A stretch of 44,209 nt of DNA, taken from NCBI GenBank assembly GCA_023473545.1, contig JAMCXO010000013.1:1-44209 (forward strand), written 5' to 3'. The notes under the pieces are model-generated. The model worked only from the letters and a program-made list of their open reading frames with translations, was not told the origin of the DNA and ran no database searches. Below, piece after piece: positions 7,549-16,910 of the stretch. Each line of letters starts with the position of its first letter. Positions within the stretch are counted from its first letter, which is position 1. The stretch comes from Patescibacteria group bacterium (GTDB lineage: Bacteria > Patescibacteriota > Microgenomatia > Levybacterales > UBA12049). The position numbers and the translations under genes were made by a program.

Positions 7549-8080
7549 GATTAATAATTTCTTCTCTCATAACCTTAAGTATTCTATGCAAACTAACCCT
7601 TACGGTGGCCTCTTTTTTTCCGACAATCCTGCCGATTTCCGCAAACGATAATTCCTCAAAGAATCTAAGGATGATGATATTTTTTTCTTTCTCCTTAAGT
7701 TTCGATAACGCCTTTAGCAATAATTGATTTTCTTCCTGTCTGATAACATTTTTATCTATTTCTATATTATCTGCTAACTGGTGGTCTTCTACCAGCTCAA
7801 GCGAAACTTGTTTTTTCTTTCTGGTCCAGTCAATGGTAATATTTCTGGCGATGGTGAATAAAAAAGACACGAAAGATCCTCTCTTCTGCGAAAACGAGGA
7901 TATATTCTTCCAGCACCTAAGAAATGTTTCCTGGGTGAGATCTTCGGCCGCTTCGCGATTTCTAATAGAAAAATAGATATACCGGTATATCCTGGAGAGA
8001 AACAAATCGTAAATTTTCCCAAAAGCTTCATTATCCCCTTCCCTGGCCTTCTCTATCAGTTTTTTAAGGTCAGAATCCAT
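7538..8080 (-). CDS. RNA polymerase sigma factor, ECF (group IV) family
   Basis: 180 aa. The region 2 pattern (IYRYIYFSIRNREAAEDLTQETFLRCW) and region 4 HTH (LSFAEIGRIVGKKEATVRVSLHRILKVM) are typical of sigma-70 ECF proteins. Confidence 0.85.
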   Translation of the reverse strand: MDSDLKKLIEKAREGDNEAFGKIYDLFLSRIYRYIYFSIRNREAAEDLTQETFLRCWKNISSFSQKRGSFVSFLFTIARNITIDWTRKKKQVSLELVEDHQLADNIEIDKNVIRQEENQLLLKALSKLKEKEKNIIILRFFEELSFAEIGRIVGKKEATVRVSLHRILKVMREEIINHEN

Positions 8081-8127
8081 GGATCCATTATATAATATAA
8101 CTTCTATATAATAGAATCCCTATCGTT

Positions 8128-8176
8128 ATTACGCATAAGAGGCTATTTTGTAACAAAATTTATTTAGATTCGTAAT
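8128..8176. promoter_or_regulatory. bidirectional ECF-type promoter pair sharing a near-palindromic -35 element
   Basis: Plus strand: TGTAAC (8149-8154), N16, CGTAAT (8171-8176), then 10 nt to the ATG at 8187. Minus strand: TGTTAC (8155-8150), N16, CGTAAT (8133-8128), upstream of the sigma gene. The AAC...CGT spacing matches ECF promoters of the B. subtilis SigW/SigX type. Confidence 0.55.
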
Positions 8177-8186
8177 AATATCAGAT

Positions 8187-8771
8187 ATGAAAAAATTTAA
8201 ATCGGTCAGTTTTATACCTACTATTATTATAACTTTATTTTTCCTTTTGTTTTGGCTTTTGCCTTCTGTCTCTTTTGCCCAAGGACAGGAAGATGGCATC
8301 CACTCTTCTTTTAAGGCAGGAGGCGATGTTGGCGTCTCGGATTTGAAGGCTGAGACTGAGAATAATTTAGAGGTGGATGCCGATTCTCAGCAAACAAGTT
8401 TTATTAGAGGCACAATAAGCGCCTTGTCGGGTAATTCATTTGTGGTAGGAGGAAAAACGACTATTGTTATAGATCCTTCAAAGGTAGCGGAATTTAGTCA
8501 AAAGGGAAACCTGGCAGTCGGCTCAAGGGTTAAGGTTAGTTTTGTGTCCCAGAACGGTGTGAACTACGCCAAAGAAATAAACGTGATAGGAACAGGACAG
8601 GGAAGATTCCAGATAAAAATGAATGAACCTTCCGAAAATTCTTCATCTGACAATTTGAGTTCTTCTTCTAATGCCAATGTTAATTTTAGCTCTAAAGTGG
8701 CAGGACATGTCAGCGGCATTGCCGCGTTTTTCCAGGAATTAGTGAATGCCTTTGCGTCAATTAAAATATGA
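8187..8771 (+). CDS. secreted protein of unknown function (DUF5666-like beta-rich repeats)
   Basis: N-terminal signal peptide (MKKFKSVSFIPTIIITLFFLLFWLLPSVSFA). The repeated G.I.....S..V.G..V pattern is reminiscent of DUF5666. It is divergent from the ECF operon and preceded by an ECF-type promoter. Confidence 0.55.
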   Translation: MKKFKSVSFIPTIIITLFFLLFWLLPSVSFAQGQEDGIHSSFKAGGDVGVSDLKAETENNLEVDADSQQTSFIRGTISALSGNSFVVGGKTTIVIDPSKVAEFSQKGNLAVGSRVKVSFVSQNGVNYAKEINVIGTGQGRFQIKMNEPSENSSSDNLSSSSNANVNFSSKVAGHVSGIAAFFQELVNAFASIKI

Positions 8772-9034
8772 GGGGGTGAGTAGAATGTTAATTAGCGCTT
8801 ATAGCCTTATAAAAAAATATCCGTTTAGAACATTGGATTTTTTCTTCATGCGCAATGAACCCGTAGACAGGGTTGACAGACAGGGAAAATCAAGAGCAAG
8901 GCAGAATAAGCACATTACAAAAATAAATGAATTATAAACAGTGTGTTTTATGCAGAATTAAGAAACCCTGAATATTCAGCATATAACTTCAACAAACTAT
9001 TTTTTTCACCGATTTCAAACGGTAACATTTATCC

Positions 9035-10024
9035 TTATTTCCTTTTCTTCTTTAATGCTGGCTGAAGATTAGATCCTATCCCTCTTAAAAAACTTAAAGC
9101 GATTTTGCCTAAATCTTCTATATGGTATCCCCCCTCTTGAATGATTAAGGTTGGGATCTGGAGACTTGCTATCTCTCTGCCTATTGTTTCGTAGAAAGGA
9201 ATAGTTAGCTTGAAACCACCAATTGGATCTTTTTCGTAGGTATCAAAACCGGCAGAAACGATGAGGAATTTTGGATTAAAATCGTTGATATCCTTTAACG
9301 CTTTGCGTAATGTTAAAAAGTATTGCTTGTCAGTTATACCTAAAGGAAGTGGATAATTTTTATTAAATCCTAATCCCTCACCAGATCCACGTTCGTTCGC
9401 AAACCCACTGATGTATGGGAATTTTTCATGAGGATCGGCATGAATTGATATATAAAGAACATCAGAACGGTTATAGAAAATACTCTGCGTTCCATTTCCA
9501 TGATGGAAATCAATATCTAATATAACAGCCCTACCTTTCCTTGAAAGATAATCTGCCGCAATTGCTGCATTGTTAAAATAACAATATCCCCCCATGGTTT
9601 TATATTCGGCATGGTGGCCAGGGGGACGACAAAGTGAATACACAACTTTTTCTCCACGAAGTACATACCTTGCTCCTGTTAAAGCAACATCAACAGCAGT
9701 CTTCGCCGCCATGTAAGTTTTTCTGACAATAGGCGTATATGTATCTATGATGAAATAAGAAGGGTAAAGTACCTCATCCTGTCTAAGCTTATTAGATCTC
9801 TTTTGTAGAAATGACACATACTGTTTTTGGTGCACATTATTGATATGGCTTATTGGGAAAATAGACGGATTATAAAAACGCCCCAATCCACCGGTGCGTA
9901 AGGTTTCCGCAACCGACTCTATTCTTTCAGCTTTTTCAGCATACGGTTCTAACAGCCCATCGTATATTTCATATGGAGGATTATGCTCTCTATGTCTTTT
10001 TGAGTAAATTATTTTTATATTCAT
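9035..10024 (-). CDS. histone deacetylase-family amidohydrolase (AcuC / acetylpolyamine amidohydrolase-like)
   Basis: Class-defining motifs RPPGHHAE, DIDFHHGNGTQ and SAGFDTYEKDP. It lies 9 nt downstream of the GNAT-like gene. Confidence 0.85.
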   Translation of the reverse strand: MNIKIIYSKRHREHNPPYEIYDGLLEPYAEKAERIESVAETLRTGGLGRFYNPSIFPISHINNVHQKQYVSFLQKRSNKLRQDEVLYPSYFIIDTYTPIVRKTYMAAKTAVDVALTGARYVLRGEKVVYSLCRPPGHHAEYKTMGGYCYFNNAAIAADYLSRKGRAVILDIDFHHGNGTQSIFYNRSDVLYISIHADPHEKFPYISGFANERGSGEGLGFNKNYPLPLGITDKQYFLTLRKALKDINDFNPKFLIVSAGFDTYEKDPIGGFKLTIPFYETIGREIASLQIPTLIIQEGGYHIEDLGKIALSFLRGIGSNLQPALKKKRK

Positions 10025-10033
10025 AGTAATAAG

Positions 10034-11083
10034 TTACATTTTTATCATTTGCATAATTGAATCTACCTGACTGGAGTTATAATGATTTTGTATTACTTCA
10101 ACAGCTAAATACATAAAGGTAAAATCCCGCAGCCTACCTTCTTCTACCGGTTGGCCATCACGCACCAATACGTTTTGAACCAGAATTTGAGGCGCTGAAT
10201 ATCCATGTGTTCTTTCGGGAATACGAAATCCCGCGCCATGACCTGCGCGATCAGAACGAGACTGGAAGTTGCACTCAGCATAAATAAGTGGTAATCCATT
10301 GGGGTTTTCTCGCAAGTCAGAAAGTATTTGAGCATTTAATGCGGCGAGTGTTACGGTCATCAACCCTTTCCCAGCATATCCATCCCTTGTTCTCCACTCC
10401 GTGCTTTCAACTAAATCTAGGGTTCCATTTGCCGAAGGTATTGATAATCGTTCCGCCATTGCAACACTTATTACGGTTCCGTTGTCTCTTAGCGCGCTGA
10501 ACCATACATCCCTTTGTGATGGATGTTTTTCTTTACCAGCAACTAGTTTCCTTCTTAAATTGTCCACTTCGTGTCGTTGCCATCCAAAAGTCTCCCTCCA
10601 CAAAACATGGACTTGGTCTATTTGATTCTCGGGAATATAATTAACAATGGTAAAACCCTGCTCAATAATCGATCTGGCCCTCTTAAGCGGTGATAATCCG
10701 CCCCTTTTCTGAGTATTTGTTTGTTCGATCATTATTTCACGGGGAGTTATTAATTTTCTGCCCGGATTATTATTTGCCATATAAATAAGCCAGGAATCAT
10801 CCCCCGTAAATTCTACAATTGGAAGCGCTACCTCAAGATAAGGCTGCAGGCCATTAGTTGAGATGTGATGCATAATATTTTCATTTACTAGTCCACGAAA
10901 AACACTTCTAGTGATTTTGTCTGGATGCCGTTGGACAACTTCGTTTAATCTTTTAAGATTATGTTCGAACTCGATTGGATTAGTAGAATAACGAGTGCCA
11001 TTAACGTATAATCTCTCATACTGTCTTCTTGAGACGCCCAACCTTCCTGTGCTAGAGAATATTGTTTCTGTTTCTTTGTTCAT
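10034..11083 (-). CDS. uncharacterised two-domain protein with a C-terminal GNAT-like acyltransferase domain
   Basis: The C-terminal half has a GNAT-like layout: beta strands VWFSALRDNGTVISVAMAE, then RTRDGYAGKGLMTVTLAAL resembling the acyl-CoA pyrophosphate-binding loop, then LIYAECN. The N-terminal ~150 aa match no family I recognise. The start was set at M12 (11083), which has SD AAGGAG 6 nt upstream. Confidence 0.55.
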   Translation of the reverse strand: MNKETETIFSSTGRLGVSRRQYERLYVNGTRYSTNPIEFEHNLKRLNEVVQRHPDKITRSVFRGLVNENIMHHISTNGLQPYLEVALPIVEFTGDDSWLIYMANNNPGRKLITPREIMIEQTNTQKRGGLSPLKRARSIIEQGFTIVNYIPENQIDQVHVLWRETFGWQRHEVDNLRRKLVAGKEKHPSQRDVWFSALRDNGTVISVAMAERLSIPSANGTLDLVESTEWRTRDGYAGKGLMTVTLAALNAQILSDLRENPNGLPLIYAECNFQSRSDRAGHGAGFRIPERTHGYSAPQILVQNVLVRDGQPVEEGRLRDFTFMYLAVEVIQNHYNSSQVDSIMQMIKM

Positions 11084-11117
11084 AATAAACTCCTTCTTTC
11101 TGACATTTTTTGCCATT

Positions 11118-11142
11118 AAAAAACCCCTCTTTCGAGGGGTGT
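11118..11142 (-). terminator. intrinsic terminator / attenuator hairpin in the leader of the GNAT-HDAC operon
   Basis: Minus strand reads ACACCCCUC-GAAA-GAGGGG-UUUUUU. This is a 6-bp G/C stem (11139-11134 and 11129-11124), a GNRA tetraloop and a U6 tract (11123-11118). It lies about 35 nt upstream of the start codon at 11083. Confidence 0.75.
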
Positions 11143-11169
11143 TCTTTGTGCGCGAGATTTTGTTTTAAA

Positions 11170-11247
11170 TCACGCCAACAACATCCCTCCTTGAGCGGTT
11201 TTCTTTGCCTTTTTGCTAACAGCATTGAAACAAGAGATGTTATTCAT
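11170..11247 (-). CDS. candidate 25-codon leader ORF (MNNISCFNAVSKKAKKTAQGGMLLA)
   Basis: The ATG at 11247 lies about 8 nt downstream of the predicted transcription start, and the ORF ends at TGA 11172-11170, before the terminator. No SD and no homology. It may be non-coding. Confidence 0.2.
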   Translation of the reverse strand: MNNISCFNAVSKKAKKTAQGGMLLA

Positions 11248-11261
11248 AATAATTAGTTAGT

Positions 11262-11290
11262 ATTATTTCAAACTTTTGATCAAGTGTCAA
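11262..11290 (-). promoter_or_regulatory. sigma70-type promoter with an extended -10, driving the leader and GNAT-HDAC operon
   Basis: On the minus strand: TTGACA (11290-11285), a 17-nt spacer, and TGaAATAAT (11270-11262). Confidence 0.6.
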
Positions 11291-11474
11291 CGAATAGTCT
11301 TGTAATATTATTTACGATGATTTTCTATATTTCCGGTCTCATTTTTCATGGCTATGATTATAGCATAAGCCTAACATGATCGATAAAACAAAATTTGAGA
11401 ATAGAAAGTAAACCTTCGGAGAAAAGGCGCATCTTGCTTGCCATATTAATTCACAATATGTCTAATGTTAAAAT

Positions 11475-12485
11475 TTATAAATAGGCGGAGAGGTTTTTGC
11501 CGGGAATAAAAGAGCTGGAAAGGGCAATGCTCTTACATTTTTCCAGTTCTTTGTCGTTTAAAATCATATTTTGTTTCAAGAATTCGAACTGTTTAGTTAA
11601 TTTTCCATTTTCTATAATCTCGGGCCAATCGGTATTGATGGAAAATTTAACTTTATTCTCAATAAAGGTTCTAATAATCTTCCTAAGCTCATCAATGTCT
11701 TTAACCGCGCTGGTAACAATATTGGAAAGCGGACAAATCTCAAGAATAATATCCCGCTTAACCAGCTCTTTCATCAATGACTTATCGTATGCCGCCTTGA
11801 TGCCGTGTCCTATTCTTTCGGGTTTAACAAATTCAATTGCCTCCCACATATCATTGGTGTCGTCGGTTTCTCCGCAGTGGGCAACAACCCGCAGTCCCGC
11901 CTCTCTTGCCTTATCAACAAGCGCTTTGTAGTCTTTAAAGTGAAACGTGCCTTTATCGTAATTTGCGAAATCTATTGCTATCACCCCGCGTTTTCTGTAC
12001 TTGATTGCCTTTTCAACAAGGATTTTATTTTTCTCAAAACTGAATTGTCGGTCCAGGCAAAAGATAATGCCGGCCGAAACCTGGCGGTATTCCAGGAGGG
12101 CCCTTTCCATGCCCCTAAGCATCGCCATTATAATATGATCCAGATCTTCCTGCCCTTCGTGATTGTGTTTCATCGGGTTGGTTCTTAGCTCAAGCAGTCG
12201 GATATTGCTTGATCTGTACGCCCCGCTTATTACTTCGTATACGCACTCTTCTGCCGCATAGGTTCCGGAACTCAGTTTATTAAGAAGCGGATGATAAATC
12301 GTGTCAAAATAGTCTTTCATGGTTGTTTTTTTATTTACCGAAAGGCTAACGTACTTAAGAAATTCGTTGTAGTCTTTTTTGGGGAGCTTAAAACCCTGAC
12401 TGTGGGCAATCCGCCAATAGATAGAGGGGTGAATGGAGGTTGTGAGGTGGGCGTGCAGATCGGCTAATCCTATTTTTTCAGTCAT
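11475..12485 (-). CDS. add: adenosine deaminase family protein
   Basis: LADLHAHL metal-binding start, HCGE (VVAHCGETDD), GHGI and SINTDWP motifs. Together these are colinear with the adenosine/AMP deaminase fold. Confidence 0.8.
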   Translation of the reverse strand: MTEKIGLADLHAHLTTSIHPSIYWRIAHSQGFKLPKKDYNEFLKYVSLSVNKKTTMKDYFDTIYHPLLNKLSSGTYAAEECVYEVISGAYRSSNIRLLELRTNPMKHNHEGQEDLDHIIMAMLRGMERALLEYRQVSAGIIFCLDRQFSFEKNKILVEKAIKYRKRGVIAIDFANYDKGTFHFKDYKALVDKAREAGLRVVAHCGETDDTNDMWEAIEFVKPERIGHGIKAAYDKSLMKELVKRDIILEICPLSNIVTSAVKDIDELRKIIRTFIENKVKFSINTDWPEIIENGKLTKQFEFLKQNMILNDKELEKCKSIALSSSFIPGKNLSAYL

Positions 12486-12521
12486 CTAAGAAGTATATCA
12501 TATGCGATTCTTCCTGTCCTG

Positions 12522-15500
12522 TCATTTTATATATTCGCTCCAGGATTTAATCTCTAAGTTATCGAGCGCTTTATCCGTAACGGCATCGGCGAAAATCCCG
12601 GCTTTTTCCATTTTGGTAAACAGGGGGATATTATGATCGGTGGCAGAGCGGCGGATGGCAAAATCGTCATCAATGTCTTTTTTAAATTTTTCATCCGTAA
12701 TATTAATTGCCAGATCTATTTTTGCTTTTTGAAAAAACTCAAGAATATTGGGAGATTTCTTTTCATGAATTTTATAAAGGTGTTTTGCCCTGATGCCGTT
12801 TTTATCAAGAAAAATAGAGGTATTTTTGGTGGCAAAGATCGGTATTCCCAGGGCGGCAAGTTTTTTTACGCTTGGCAGAAATAAAATCTTGTTCCTTTCC
12901 CCGCCAAGAGAGACAAATATGCCTTTTTGCGGAATCTTGCCGCCAACGGCAATTTCTCCTTTTAAAAACGCTTCCTTAGTATCTTTGCCAAAACAGGCGA
13001 CTTCTCCTGTTGACGACATCTCAACATGCACTATCGGATCGGCGCCTGTTAATCTGGCAAAAGAGAACTGCGCGATTTTAACGGCGGCAAAGCCTGTTTT
13101 AGTATGGATCAGCTGTTCTTTTGCCTGATTAAAAAAAGCATCTGTCGCAAGCTCACTAAAATTTACGCCTGTTATTTTAGATATAAAAGGGAAAGTTCTC
13201 GATGAACGAAGATTTATTTCTATTACCTGGATTGTGTTTTCCTTAACCAGAAATTGGATGTTGAAGGGCCCTGTGATAGCAAGGGCTCCGGCAAGTTTTT
13301 CGCCAGTCTCTTCTATTATTTTCTGTATCCGGCGGCTGGTTTTTTGCGAGGGGAAAACAATTGACGCGTCTCCGGAGTGGACTCCGGCATTTTCAATATG
13401 CTCGCAGATAGCCCCTGTTATGATTTTTCCATTTTGAGAAACCGCGTCAAATTCCAGCTCTTTGGCCTCCTCTATGAATTTGGACACGGTTATCGGATAG
13501 TCTTTGGAGAACTTGGTTTTGTCCTGCAAAAAGTGCGTCAGCTCATTCCTGTTATGGCATATTCTCATCAGCGTTCCCGAGAGAACGTACGAAGGTCTTA
13601 AAAGCACGGGATAGCCGGTTCTTTCGCAGAAAGAGAGAGCGGATTTAATATTTGTAAATTTGTTCCATGCCGGCTGGTTGATATTAAGATTGTCCAAGAG
13701 TTTTGAGAATTTAGACCTCTCCTCCGCCCGGTCTATATTTTTAGGATCAGTGCCGAGTATTTCGGCGCCATACGCCTTTAGCGCCTTGGCTCTGTTGTTC
13801 GGCGTTTGTCCTCCAACGGAAACTATAACCCCAAACGGATTTTCAAAATCATAAATATCCGCCAGTCTTTCGAAGGTTAACTCTTCAAAGTAAAGCCTTT
13901 TTGAAACATCATAGTCCGTGGAGACAGTTTCCGGATTGCAGTTTATAATTATGGATTCTTTGTTATATTTTTTTAGATTAATAGCCGTATTAACGCTTGT
14001 CCAGTCGAATTCTACCGAAGACCCGATTCTATAGGGTCCTGATCCCAGAACCATGACCCCTTTGTTTCCCAATGGCGTGATGTCGTTATGATTCGCGTTA
14101 TAGGTTAAATAGAGATAGTTTGTTTTAGCGGGAAATTCCCCGGCCATGGTATCTATATTCATTACATAAGGAATAATATTATATTTCTTCCGAAGTTTTC
14201 TAACCGAGAGCCCTGTTGAATTTACAAGTGTCCCTATTCTTTTGTCGGAGAACCCAAGTTTTTTTAGCTCCAGGAGATTTTGTTTTGTAATCTTAGACAG
14301 TTTAGGCGGGATGTTTTTTTCGGCATCCGCGATATTTTTAATCCGGTATAAAAACCATGGGTCTATGCCTGTTAGCCTATAAATTTCCGAAGCGGTAATA
14401 TTCGATTTCATGGCCGCGGCCACAGCAAACATCCTTTTAGGCGTGGGCGTTTTGAGGAGCTCTGTAATCGTTTTTCCGTTATCCAGCAGGGTATCGCTTG
14501 TTGCTCCTTCAAAATCTAAATCAAGCATCCGGATTGCTTTTTGATATGCCTCTTCAAATTTTCTGCCTATGCCCATTACCTCACCTACCGATTTCATGCT
14601 GCTGCCAATTCTCTCATCCGCGCCCCTGAATTTTTCTATATCCCATCTGGGGATCTTAACCACGATATAATCGAGAGAGGGTTCAAAGCAGGCTGACGTT
14701 TTCAGGGTAACTTTATTCTTGATTTCAGTTAATCCTTTACCGATTGCCAGTTTAGCCGCCACCCAGGCCAGCGGATAGCCGGTTGCCTTTGAGGCAAGAG
14801 CGGAACTTCGGGAAAGCCTGGCGTTGACCTCAATAACGTAATAATCAAGAAGGTTTTTGCGGGGATTTGGATTGAGGGCAAATTGGACATTGCATTCTCC
14901 GATTATGCCAAGGCTTCTGACGATTTTGACAGCAATTGATCGCAGGCCGTGGTATTCAAAATTATTCAGGGTTTGGCTTGGAGCGACTACAATGGATTCT
15001 CCGGTGTGTATTCCCAGTGGATCCATGTTTTCCATATTGCAGACAGCGATACAGTTGTCGTATCTGTCCCGCACTATCTCATATTCAATCTCTTTAAAAT
15101 GATGAAGGTATTGTTCTACCAGAATTTGAGGCGCAAACGCGAAGGCCCGGGCGGCAATCTCCTTTAACTCATCTATATTGGAGGCCACCCCGCTTCCCTG
15201 CCCGCCCAACGCGTAGCCTGACCGTACCATTACCGGAAAACCTATCTGCCGCGCTATTTTTAAGGCCTCATTTATATTTTTGGCGCTGCGGCTTTCCGGG
15301 GTTGGAATTTTTAATTTTCTAAGGTGATCGGCAAATTTTTTTCTGTCCTCAGTTAATATTATCGCCTTAATTGGCGTGCCCAATATCTTTACATTATGCT
15401 TTTTTAGAATAGACCGTTTATTTAAGGCAATGCCGCAATTTAAGGCAGTTTGTCCGCCAAAGGACAAAAGTATAGAATCCGGTTTTTCCTTTTCTATGAT

Positions 15501-15719
15501 CTTTTCTACAAAATAATCGTTAACAGGCAGAAAGTATACCTCATCCGCCAGGTTTTTAGAGGTTTGGACGGTTGCGATATTGGGATTTACCAAAATGGTT
15601 TTTATTTTTTCCTCTTTTAACGCCTTTATGGCTTGGGAACCCGAATAGTCAAACTCCCCGGCCTCCCCTATTTTCAGAGCCCCTGAACCTAAAATAAGAA
15701 CCTTCTTAATTTTACTCAT
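12522..15719 (-). CDS. carB: carbamoyl-phosphate synthase large subunit
   Basis: Starts MSKIKKVLILGSGALKIGEAGEFDYSGSQA. It has duplicated ATP-grasp halves and an MGS-like C-terminus. The ORF-track extension to 15923 overlaps carA and was trimmed to the ATG at 15719, 2 nt after the carA stop. Confidence 0.95.
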   Translation of the reverse strand: MSKIKKVLILGSGALKIGEAGEFDYSGSQAIKALKEEKIKTILVNPNIATVQTSKNLADEVYFLPVNDYFVEKIIEKEKPDSILLSFGGQTALNCGIALNKRSILKKHNVKILGTPIKAIILTEDRKKFADHLRKLKIPTPESRSAKNINEALKIARQIGFPVMVRSGYALGGQGSGVASNIDELKEIAARAFAFAPQILVEQYLHHFKEIEYEIVRDRYDNCIAVCNMENMDPLGIHTGESIVVAPSQTLNNFEYHGLRSIAVKIVRSLGIIGECNVQFALNPNPRKNLLDYYVIEVNARLSRSSALASKATGYPLAWVAAKLAIGKGLTEIKNKVTLKTSACFEPSLDYIVVKIPRWDIEKFRGADERIGSSMKSVGEVMGIGRKFEEAYQKAIRMLDLDFEGATSDTLLDNGKTITELLKTPTPKRMFAVAAAMKSNITASEIYRLTGIDPWFLYRIKNIADAEKNIPPKLSKITKQNLLELKKLGFSDKRIGTLVNSTGLSVRKLRKKYNIIPYVMNIDTMAGEFPAKTNYLYLTYNANHNDITPLGNKGVMVLGSGPYRIGSSVEFDWTSVNTAINLKKYNKESIIINCNPETVSTDYDVSKRLYFEELTFERLADIYDFENPFGVIVSVGGQTPNNRAKALKAYGAEILGTDPKNIDRAEERSKFSKLLDNLNINQPAWNKFTNIKSALSFCERTGYPVLLRPSYVLSGTLMRICHNRNELTHFLQDKTKFSKDYPITVSKFIEEAKELEFDAVSQNGKIITGAICEHIENAGVHSGDASIVFPSQKTSRRIQKIIEETGEKLAGALAITGPFNIQFLVKENTIQVIEINLRSSRTFPFISKITGVNFSELATDAFFNQAKEQLIHTKTGFAAVKIAQFSFARLTGADPIVHVEMSSTGEVACFGKDTKEAFLKGEIAVGGKIPQKGIFVSLGGERNKILFLPSVKKLAALGIPIFATKNTSIFLDKNGIRAKHLYKIHEKKSPNILEFFQKAKIDLAINITDEKFKKDIDDDFAIRRSATDHNIPLFTKMEKAGIFADAVTDKALDNLEIKSWSEYIK

Positions 15720-15720
15720 G

Positions 15721-16875
15721 CTATTTACTTTGCCCTCCCGGCGGCTGCGGTAATCTTTCCAAAAAATAATCAAAGACCCATTCCGTATCCATGGGTCCGG
15801 GATTTGCTTCCGGATGAAACTGGACAGACATAATAGGCAGGTTTTTGTGAATAATTCCTTCATTTGTGCCGTCATTCGCGTTGGTAAACCACGCTCTGAA
15901 ATTATTCGGAATGCGATTGACATAGAACCCGTGATTTTGGGTTGTTATAAAACATTTTTTGCTTTTGCTTAAGATACATGGCTGATTTTGGCTTCTGTGG
16001 CCGTATTTTAGCTTGCCGGTTCCCCCTCCCAGGGCCAGGGTTAACAGCTGATGGCCAAGGCAGATGCCCAGTATCGGGATTTGCCTTTTTAGCGCCTTGG
16101 CAATTGTGTTGATAGTTTTATCGGCCATTTGCGGATTGCCCGGGCCATTTGAGACAACTATCGCGTCAAAAACCGGTTTTCCTTCTTGGGTGAGCGTTCT
16201 CGGCATGGCAGGCTGAGTGTCGGAAAAGGGGTCGCGGTCCCAGGGGACAGTTATCACCCTTACCCCTCTTTTTAGAAGAGAGCGGATGATATTTCTTTTT
16301 GCCCCGCAATCTATAAGAAGGACTGTTATTTTTTTATGGTTTGCCGGATTTTGGGCGAAGGACGGGCCGGGCGCGTGATAGACAAAGGCCTCAGGTTCCA
16401 AGACCCTAATTTGGTTTGCGCAGACTTTTGGCAGAAGGTTTTCCTTGTTTGGATCGTAGAATTCTATATCGCCTTTTATAACTATTTTTCCGAGCATTGT
16501 CCCTTTCTCTCTGATTTTTTGCGTAAGAAATCTGGTATCGTTTATTTCAATGGCCGGAATCTTTTCCCTTTTAAGCCAGTCGGAAAGGGTTTCTTTGCTT
16601 AAAAAATGAGACGGGGTATCAATATAATTTGAGACAATAAGTCCCGCGGCTTTTATTCCTTCGGATTCCCAATATTTTTTATCCGCCACGCCATAATTGC
16701 CGATAATAGGATATGTCAGGATTAATATCTGTCCTTTGTAGGAGGGATCAGTCAGGCTCTGCGGATATCCGACCATGCCGGTTGAAAAAACAACCTCTCC
16801 GGCCGAAGACGATAAGAAACCAAAACTTAATCCTTCAAAATGAGAGCCGTCTTCTAAAATTAGTGTTCCCTTCAT
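15721..16875 (-). CDS. carA: carbamoyl-phosphate synthase small (glutamine amidotransferase) subunit
   Basis: CPSase small-chain N-domain plus a class I GATase with GICLGHQLL and HPE catalytic elements. Confidence 0.95.
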   Translation of the reverse strand: MKGTLILEDGSHFEGLSFGFLSSSAGEVVFSTGMVGYPQSLTDPSYKGQILILTYPIIGNYGVADKKYWESEGIKAAGLIVSNYIDTPSHFLSKETLSDWLKREKIPAIEINDTRFLTQKIREKGTMLGKIVIKGDIEFYDPNKENLLPKVCANQIRVLEPEAFVYHAPGPSFAQNPANHKKITVLLIDCGAKRNIIRSLLKRGVRVITVPWDRDPFSDTQPAMPRTLTQEGKPVFDAIVVSNGPGNPQMADKTINTIAKALKRQIPILGICLGHQLLTLALGGGTGKLKYGHRSQNQPCILSKSKKCFITTQNHGFYVNRIPNNFRAWFTNANDGTNEGIIHKNLPIMSVQFHPEANPGPMDTEWVFDYFLERLPQPPGGQSK

Positions 16876-16910
16876 GTAAGATTTAACTGAATATGCCCCA
16901 AGTTAGGCAT

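Noticed and set aside
8785-8937. 51-codon ORF (MLISAYSLIKKYPFRTLDFFFMRNEPVDRVDRQGKSRARQNKHITKINEL) with a GAGGGGG SD-like element upstream.
   Set aside because: The SD-like purine run overlaps the stop of the preceding gene. The peptide matches no family I recognise, and its composition is unremarkable. It is left unannotated, though a small basic protein cannot be excluded.
15720-15923. N-terminal 68-codon extension of the carB ORF overlapping carA.
   Set aside because: The extension has no CarB similarity. The conserved CarB N-terminus (MSKIKKVLILGSG) begins at the ATG at 15719, 2 nt after the carA stop.
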